Source of the DNA: Gemmatimonadota bacterium
GTDB lineage: Bacteria > Latescibacterota > UBA2968 > UBA8231
Direction: 5' to 3'
DNA: 64,000 nt
NCBI GenBank assembly: GCA_038153405.1
Contig: JAYOYH010000005.1
Span: 32,001 to 96,000 of the forward strand
Shown here piece by piece: positions 58,225-64,000 of the stretch (position 1 is its first letter; each line of letters opens with the position of its first letter). Under the pieces are notes generated by a model. That model was not told the origin of the DNA. It saw only the letters and a list, made by a program, of their open reading frames with translations, and ran no database searches. The position numbers and the translations under genes were made by a program.

Positions 58225-59133
58225 CTAGCGAGCAACCGAAGCCTTGATTTGACCCCAGCTGTCATTCTCGACGGCAGTCGGCAGGTTAGCCGTGTCGACC
58301 GGGAGAAGGATAAAATCGCTGAAGGAGCTGGCATTGCCGAAGATATCCGACTGGCCACCCAAAACCCACTTCCAGGTCTTGGGATCATCTTCGGTGCCGT
58401 TGTCGTTATCGACGACCTGCAGACCGGCACCGACGATCTCGCCTTCGACAAAGTCGTGGCGGACGCTCTGATCCGGACCGGCAAAGTTGAAATCGTCCCA
58501 AGCGACCGTGTACCACTCGGCCTGAATCGTGGCCTCAGAGCCGTGCACACCGTCCAGCGTGAACGAATCGGTGCAGCAAGAATGAGGCTCTTCGTCGTGC
58601 CAGTCAGCGGTGGTCATCCAGAACCAGTACCAGCCGAAGGGCTCAAGAGCCGGCCAACGGTAGTGACCCGTCTGGGCCTGACGACCGCGCGTGCGCAGCG
58701 CTTCTTCTTCGGTCTGGCCTTCCTGGCTCCAGAACCAGTCGCCGCTGTGATCGGCGTCAAGACCGACCTCAATGCTATCGTCCTGACCGCAGCAGCCAAC
58801 ACCGCCCGCATCGCGGTCCCACACGTTGTCGTAGCGATCGTACACGTAGTAAATGCGATCCAGCTCGTCGTTCCAACCCATTGCAAAGCGGAACCACAGG
58901 TCAGAAGTATCTACGGGCTTACCGCTACCATCATCAACGGCGAAAAGGTCGCCATTGATCTCGAGCCACAGTTCGGACGGCAAGACATCCCATTCGGAAA
59001 TATCACCATCCAAATTGGGAAGGTGCGACGTCGGCCAGTTCCAAGCGCCGAAGATGAGACCCTCGGGAACGTGTGCCGAAGCGGGCGCTGCAGACAACGC
59101 TGCGACGGCCGCCAGTGCAATCAGCTTCTTCAT
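58225..59133 (-). CDS. Secreted CBM9/DOMON-like protein with C-terminal TAVExxSWGxIK motif
   Basis: AGGAGG RBS, signal peptide MKKLIALAA..PASA/H, LDGDISEW, MGWNDELDRIY, DADH, tail TAVENDSWGQIKASVAR. Confidence 0.82.
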   Translation of the reverse strand: MKKLIALAAVAALSAAPASAHVPEGLIFGAWNWPTSHLPNLDGDISEWDVLPSELWLEINGDLFAVDDGSGKPVDTSDLWFRFAMGWNDELDRIYYVYDRYDNVWDRDAGGVGCCGQDDSIEVGLDADHSGDWFWSQEGQTEEEALRTRGRQAQTGHYRWPALEPFGWYWFWMTTADWHDEEPHSCCTDSFTLDGVHGSEATIQAEWYTVAWDDFNFAGPDQSVRHDFVEGEIVGAGLQVVDNDNGTEDDPKTWKWVLGGQSDIFGNASSFSDFILLPVDTANLPTAVENDSWGQIKASVAR

Positions 59134-59311
59134 TGGTAACCTCCTGGTCAGAAGCGGTGGTAAAACGAGCAACACAAGTGCAAGAACTATCATACGCATA
59201 TACTAAGCGAAACTCGTGGGCAATCTAAATTGTCTTCTAATACATGTCAAGCTAATTTTTTCCGCATCCGCCGGGTTTATTATCTCTTTTCCATGGGGGC
59301 AGATAGCAGTA

Positions 59312-61051
59312 TCAGGAATCTCCTTTTACGGGCGTACCCGTCGCCCAAGGCATCGCACTACGACTCAGCTCCTTGCGCAGGGCGACTTGCTGCAGTTGGC
59401 GCGCCTTGTCGAGATATTTTTCCATTTCCTTGGGTTTTCCCTGACGCCCATAGGCTTTGCCCAACGCCAGATAGGCCCGCTCATATCCGTCGTCGAGTTC
59501 GACGGCCAGCTTGAAGGCCGCAACGGCTTTATCAAACCGGCCCATCTGAAAATACTCTACGCCCAGATTGTAATGCGCCGGCGCAAAGTCAGCATCGCGC
59601 GCCAGCGCCTGTTTGTGATAGCGGATGGCTTGCTGACGCTGCCCCGCCACCGAATAGGCAATCCCCAAATGGGTGTAGGCGGTAGCATAGCTGCTGTCGA
59701 TGGCAAGCGCCCTTTTGTGCGAGGCAATGGCCTGCTCCACTTTTCCCTCGCGACTGTAGGCCACACCGAGGTCGTCGTGCACCTTGGCCACCTCCGGTGT
59801 CAGGCGCGCCAGGTACTCTTTGGCATCCAACGTCGACATCGAGTACGTCGCATCTGTCCAAGCAAAAAACAGAATGGGCACGCCGAAGTACACCAGTTGC
59901 TTGCCCGTCTCGAACACGTAGGAAAACCCCGGCCACCGGTTGCCCAACGAACGCAGGCGATCCACAATCCCCAAGCGCACGTCGGCTTCGTCTGCGGCCA
60001 CTTCGTCGGCGACGAAGTTCTGGCGAATTTCCCTCTTGTGCACCTTCCACATGAATCCATCGTAGTAGTAGTGCATAAAGGCCGTGGTTGCGATCAATAC
60101 CTTGACCAAGTCGTATATCAGGTAGTTCTCAGTCGCTCGCGCCATCGCCTCTACACCACCATAGGCTAAAATCAACGCCAAATAGATCAGGATGATGCGA
60201 AAGCGACCATCGGCAAAAAGAAAGCGAAAGAACGATGAGCCCAATCTTTCTGAGCGCTTTAGGACGCCGTGGTTATAGATCCAGACAATAGCAAAGTACT
60301 GTATGTCGTGCGCGAGTGCGGTCATCGCGTATCCCAAAATGACGTCATCCATCACGATATAGGCATAGTAAACAGTGAGAAATGTAGTCGCCGTAATGGC
60401 CAGCTTAGGCCAGACGATGGGGGCTCCCTGCCTGCTCGAACGCACTAGATGGACTACGTAGGCCACGGATATGGCCACGGCCAGAACGAGTAGCCCCTGC
60501 CGCAGCAGGGAAACGTATTCGGGTTGAAACCAGGTGTACAACCCGAAGCCGTAGCGGTGACAGCGCTCCATAAAATTGACGAGATAGTGCGGGCTGGCGA
60601 CGACGATGTAGGTAAAGCATATCGCCGTGAGCAACCAGTCGAATCGGCCGCTCAAACGGGAAGGCTTGTGGCGTTTAACCTCGTATATGCGCATAAAACC
60701 GTAGTGCTGCATAAAGAAGTGCCACATGTCCCACAGGGCGAGAAATATAAAGAAGCCCAGATGGCCGTTGAAGACGCTCCATCCCACACAGGCGACGATG
60801 ACCAGCGGAGATATGATAAAGCGAGCCTTGTAACGATCGAAGAGTTCGCGCTCGCCATAGGCTCGCATCAGACCGGGCAAGTGATGCCCAACGGCGAAAA
60901 AAGCCAGGACAAAGAGGGCGATGTCAAAGGAGCTAAAGTAGTTGGACGCCGCCTGCAAGAGGACCAGCGAAAGCAGAGGCGTACCGATGAAGAACAGCGA
61001 ATCGCTGACCCGGTTGATGATCCAGCCCTGGGAGGCGCTACTGTTGCCCAT
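59312..61051 (-). CDS. Polytopic membrane protein with His motifs and C-terminal TPRs
   Basis: GHH, WHFFMQHYGF, AHDIQYF, HYYYDGFMW in TM region; TPRs (LGVAY, HYNLG). Confidence 0.78.
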   Translation of the reverse strand: MGNSSASQGWIINRVSDSLFFIGTPLLSLVLLQAASNYFSSFDIALFVLAFFAVGHHLPGLMRAYGERELFDRYKARFIISPLVIVACVGWSVFNGHLGFFIFLALWDMWHFFMQHYGFMRIYEVKRHKPSRLSGRFDWLLTAICFTYIVVASPHYLVNFMERCHRYGFGLYTWFQPEYVSLLRQGLLVLAVAISVAYVVHLVRSSRQGAPIVWPKLAITATTFLTVYYAYIVMDDVILGYAMTALAHDIQYFAIVWIYNHGVLKRSERLGSSFFRFLFADGRFRIILIYLALILAYGGVEAMARATENYLIYDLVKVLIATTAFMHYYYDGFMWKVHKREIRQNFVADEVAADEADVRLGIVDRLRSLGNRWPGFSYVFETGKQLVYFGVPILFFAWTDATYSMSTLDAKEYLARLTPEVAKVHDDLGVAYSREGKVEQAIASHKRALAIDSSYATAYTHLGIAYSVAGQRQQAIRYHKQALARDADFAPAHYNLGVEYFQMGRFDKAVAAFKLAVELDDGYERAYLALGKAYGRQGKPKEMEKYLDKARQLQQVALRKELSRSAMPWATGTPVKGDS

Positions 61052-61120
61052 CGTCAAATACCTGCAAAAGCCTTTGGGAATAGGGGTAGAACCGGCACCG
61101 CACCGGCTCATCGGATAAAG

Positions 61121-64000
61121 CTAAAACCCAGCAAAAATCGATATAAAGGCCACGCCTGCCGTGCGAGATTCACGGTCTTGCTCGACGACCTCGAGCGAGC
61201 GCCGATCGTAGCGAACGCCGACTTGCGTCGTCATGTTATAGCCTAAATAAGGCCGCGTATTTGTCAACTGCAACGCGACAACCGTGCCGCGAAAGTCGCC
61301 CGTTAACATCCCTGCAGCCATCTCTTCCTCATCGCCTAGAAGATTGGAAAAGTTTCGCTGTTCGAGACCCACTTCTATGCGCGTGGACTGCAGCAGCGGA
61401 AAGCTGACCTGGAGAAAGAGCAACGCGTCCCAGCTGCGCTGCTTTACAGCGCTACGGCTAAAGGGCACTTCGCGCAAAAACTCGCTTTTGATTTTGGGTG
61501 ACAGGGAGAGACGACCCCAGTTGAGCAGATAGTCGGCCTTGTTGATCACCCCCAAAAAACTCGAGGTCTCTCGCCCGTTGCGACCGTCCGGACCGAGCGG
61601 ATCGAAAAAAACAATGGCCTCGCCCGCTTCGTCGCGAACGATCTCCCCGGCTTCGTCGCGCAGTAGTTCAACGTCGACATTGCGCTGTTGCCACCAATCC
61701 CATTTGAAGCGGTGGCGCATACCCCAGTTGCGCGGGCTGGAGTACTGCCAGTCGGCGGCCAGCGAGTTAATCCAAGTATCTTCCGCCGCCAACAGGTCAA
61801 CCACCGGCTCATTGCGGCCACCAGTCTCGACCGGATTGCCAAAGCGCGGGCGGGGCAGAACCCACTGCGATAGATGGTCGTGTATCGTATCTTCCGCCTG
61901 CCGCAGCATATTGAAGACGCGCACCTTACCCACTCTCGGCAGGCTCTTCTCGAAGGTAAAAATGCCGTACGCCGTCGTATTATGTCGATCTGAGCCGCGC
62001 ATTTCCTCGTCGAGCCGCCCTAGCGTGAGCTTTATCTCCGGCGAAACTTCGACGCTGCCGTATACATTGTGACCCCAGTGGTCGCGCTTGTAGGGATAGT
62101 CGGGCTCGTCGTCGTTTTCAAAGCGGTCGACCCAGCCGTTGTTGTTGAGGTCTATGCCAAATAGAAATTCGGGGCGATCGACGTGGTAGCGCAGAAACGG
62201 CTCGTCGTAGTCGGGAAAGAAATTTTGCCGATCGCCGTTGCTGTTCTGGTTGAAGTCAGAGAGGAAATCGCCGTTCTCATCAAAACCGGGAAATACGGCT
62301 GGATCCGCCACGCCCTCCGGCGTTACGCTAAATAGCTGCCCGGGAATCGGGATCAGGCTGCCCTGATTGAAGCGCAGTTGATCGGGATGGCGATCGTTAT
62401 CGTCGTTGTCTTCTACGAAGTCGTAGTTGCGATTGGTCGCTTCCGGTGAGTAATCCACCGTGCCGCGGGGATTAACTGGCCGCACAGACGAATTGTATTC
62501 TTCGTCCATGCCAAATGCCTCCAGAAAGAAGTGCCATGGACCGGCCTGCTTCGACAAGTTAGCCATCCAGCCGATCGCCCGTTCGTCGTCGACAATCCCG
62601 CTTATGGCCGTGCGATTCTTGGCATTGACCGAGGGATACTTCCGATACTGGTTGTTGACGTTGAATTCGCCGTAGAAATCAAAGCCATGAAAATCGCGTA
62701 GCTCGGCCGTGGCGCCAAAGATTTGATTGGCGGTAGGCAAGCCATAGTCGAATACTACCTCGCGCTGATTGAGTCGGTTGCGAATATTGCCCGGGGCACG
62801 CGATACGACGATAAACTGCGGTTGACCAACGTTGTTGACCTGACGATCGGAAGCGACCTCAACGCGATAGTCGTTGGCCACCACCAGGCGCACGCGCACG
62901 TTCTTTATCGCCGTCACCGCGTCTTCGGCTTCGGCCAGCGTCAGGCCCAAGCCCTGCTGCAAGCGCAGCCGCAGCGAACTCTCCTGGTCGTCCTCCGTGC
63001 CGGTCAACTGGTACTTCAGCGTTATACTTTCGGCGCCGTCTGCCGTGAGGAAACCGTCTCGCACGCTGCCGCCTTCGCGCGCGGCGCGAAAGCCAATGCT
63101 TGAACCGGTAATAACCGTATCCCTAGGCACCAACTCAACGCCCGTTGGCCCCTCGACTTCTCTCATCAACGTCGTAGCAATCTGCACGTCTTCGCTAAAG
63201 AGCACGGCGCCCCCGGTCCCATCCTCGGGGCTATCGTCGGAGAGCCGAACGACCAGAAGCGTCTGGCGCTGCTCGATCTGACCACCGGTAAGCAATCCCT
63301 TGAATGGATTGTCCTGAAAGCTCTCGCGCGCACCGGTGCCGTTGTGCGCATTGACAAACGTCGCTCCAAGCGTCAGCGAGTTGTTGACAGCCGCTTCTAT
63401 ACGACCGCCCATCAAGTTGGTAAAGTGCGAGGCGGGGCGCGTCGGAATTTCGGCGTCAATGGCAATAATGGGGTTGGATATGCGCGAGAACAGGCCCGTA
63501 ACTTCGACGTTACTATTGGCAGCGCTAATCACTACGCCATTGAAACCGGCCTTGCGAAAGGTCATCGGCGTCAATGTCGTATTGATCTCGTCGCCTATCA
63601 TGATCGAGTAGCTGTAATCGCCGCTCTGGTCTGAGGCGATGACCAGACGGTTAAACCAGCTTCCGTAGATGCCCGGCTTAGTCACTTCGCTCGACTCAAA
63701 AGACAGCGGTTGGCGCTGGCGCCAATCGTAAACCAGTCGACCGCGCGTAATCAAATCGCCAAAGCTATCGTAGAAATAAAATCCCTCCTGATTGCGATCG
63801 ATGTAGCGAAGGTACGACTCCCTAGCATAGTTGGTGTATTCGCGCTGGCGCAGTCCGTATTCCGTGAAGAGTTCCTGCGGCAGGTACCAGCGCTGTACGG
63901 TCGGATCAAGTGCCCCGATCTCGATGGACAGCCCCGATGCCGAATAGGTGCTGCGATCGCCTATTCGACGTCCCAAGCGATTGCCGTAGTCCATTTGTGC
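61121..64000 (-). CDS. Large putative outer-membrane beta-barrel protein (5' partial)
   Basis: At least 957 aa; frame stays open to the window edge (A-Q-M); amphipathic strands and terminal ..AFISIFAGF; Asp/Asn-rich loops. Confidence 0.7.
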   Translation of the reverse strand, partial: AQMDYGNRLGRRIGDRSTYSASGLSIEIGALDPTVQRWYLPQELFTEYGLRQREYTNYARESYLRYIDRNQEGFYFYDSFGDLITRGRLVYDWRQRQPLSFESSEVTKPGIYGSWFNRLVIASDQSGDYSYSIMIGDEINTTLTPMTFRKAGFNGVVISAANSNVEVTGLFSRISNPIIAIDAEIPTRPASHFTNLMGGRIEAAVNNSLTLGATFVNAHNGTGARESFQDNPFKGLLTGGQIEQRQTLLVVRLSDDSPEDGTGGAVLFSEDVQIATTLMREVEGPTGVELVPRDTVITGSSIGFRAAREGGSVRDGFLTADGAESITLKYQLTGTEDDQESSLRLRLQQGLGLTLAEAEDAVTAIKNVRVRLVVANDYRVEVASDRQVNNVGQPQFIVVSRAPGNIRNRLNQREVVFDYGLPTANQIFGATAELRDFHGFDFYGEFNVNNQYRKYPSVNAKNRTAISGIVDDERAIGWMANLSKQAGPWHFFLEAFGMDEEYNSSVRPVNPRGTVDYSPEATNRNYDFVEDNDDNDRHPDQLRFNQGSLIPIPGQLFSVTPEGVADPAVFPGFDENGDFLSDFNQNSNGDRQNFFPDYDEPFLRYHVDRPEFLFGIDLNNNGWVDRFENDDEPDYPYKRDHWGHNVYGSVEVSPEIKLTLGRLDEEMRGSDRHNTTAYGIFTFEKSLPRVGKVRVFNMLRQAEDTIHDHLSQWVLPRPRFGNPVETGGRNEPVVDLLAAEDTWINSLAADWQYSSPRNWGMRHRFKWDWWQQRNVDVELLRDEAGEIVRDEAGEAIVFFDPLGPDGRNGRETSSFLGVINKADYLLNWGRLSLSPKIKSEFLREVPFSRSAVKQRSWDALLFLQVSFPLLQSTRIEVGLEQRNFSNLLGDEEEMAAGMLTGDFRGTVVALQLTNTRPYLGYNMTTQVGVRYDRRSLEVVEQDRESRTAGVAFISIFAGF

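Noticed and set aside
57838..59139. 433-aa plus-strand ORF
   Set aside because: Antisense to a codon-biased gene that has a clear RBS and signal peptide; it also runs through a terminator.
1..64000. CRISPR arrays, tRNA/rRNA, IS elements, prophage or defence genes
   Set aside because: No regularly spaced repeats, RNA gene signatures, or transposase, integrase or nuclease motifs were recognised by eye; a covariance/HMM scan would be needed to exclude them fully.

Overview
A GC-rich bacterial chromosomal window with about 45 supportable CDSs and no rRNA, tRNA, CRISPR array, integrase or transposase that I can recognise. The gene content (DUF6785-type membrane proteins, FlgD/CHU_C-tailed secreted proteins, a C-terminal SWGxIK motif) suggests an FCB-group candidate phylum such as Ca. 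Latescibacterota; this is inference. Layout: (1) ffh(partial)-rpsP-rimM-trmD-rplS; (2) catabolic genes (PhyH, PfkB, amidohydrolase, beta-propeller, creatininase-like, GH2, 3-hydroxyacyl-CoA dehydrogenase); (3) a c-di-GMP-I (GEMM-I)-like riboswitch with altered ligand-contact bases and a readable antiterminator/terminator platform, upstream of a lone fliG; (4) directly after it, a putative small-molecule biosynthetic operon of three ATP-grasp ligases, a PLP fold-III decarboxylase, an SSS transporter and a GNAT; (5) lipid/ester hydrolases, ybbAP/tesA-like genes, a sugar ABC system with a fused binding protein-permease, a sulfatase operon and two DUF6785-type proteins; (6) a broken heme-c/FG-GAP gene; (7) an approximately 18 kb minus-strand cell-surface locus with a large putative outer-membrane beta-barrel, a His-motif membrane/TPR protein, an SWGxIK-tailed secreted protein and five tandem discoidin-like + FlgD/CHU_C-tailed paralogs with loop-restricted variability. 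Items 3, 4 and 7 are the best candidates for undescribed biology. All family assignments come from motif recognition by eye, not from database searches.
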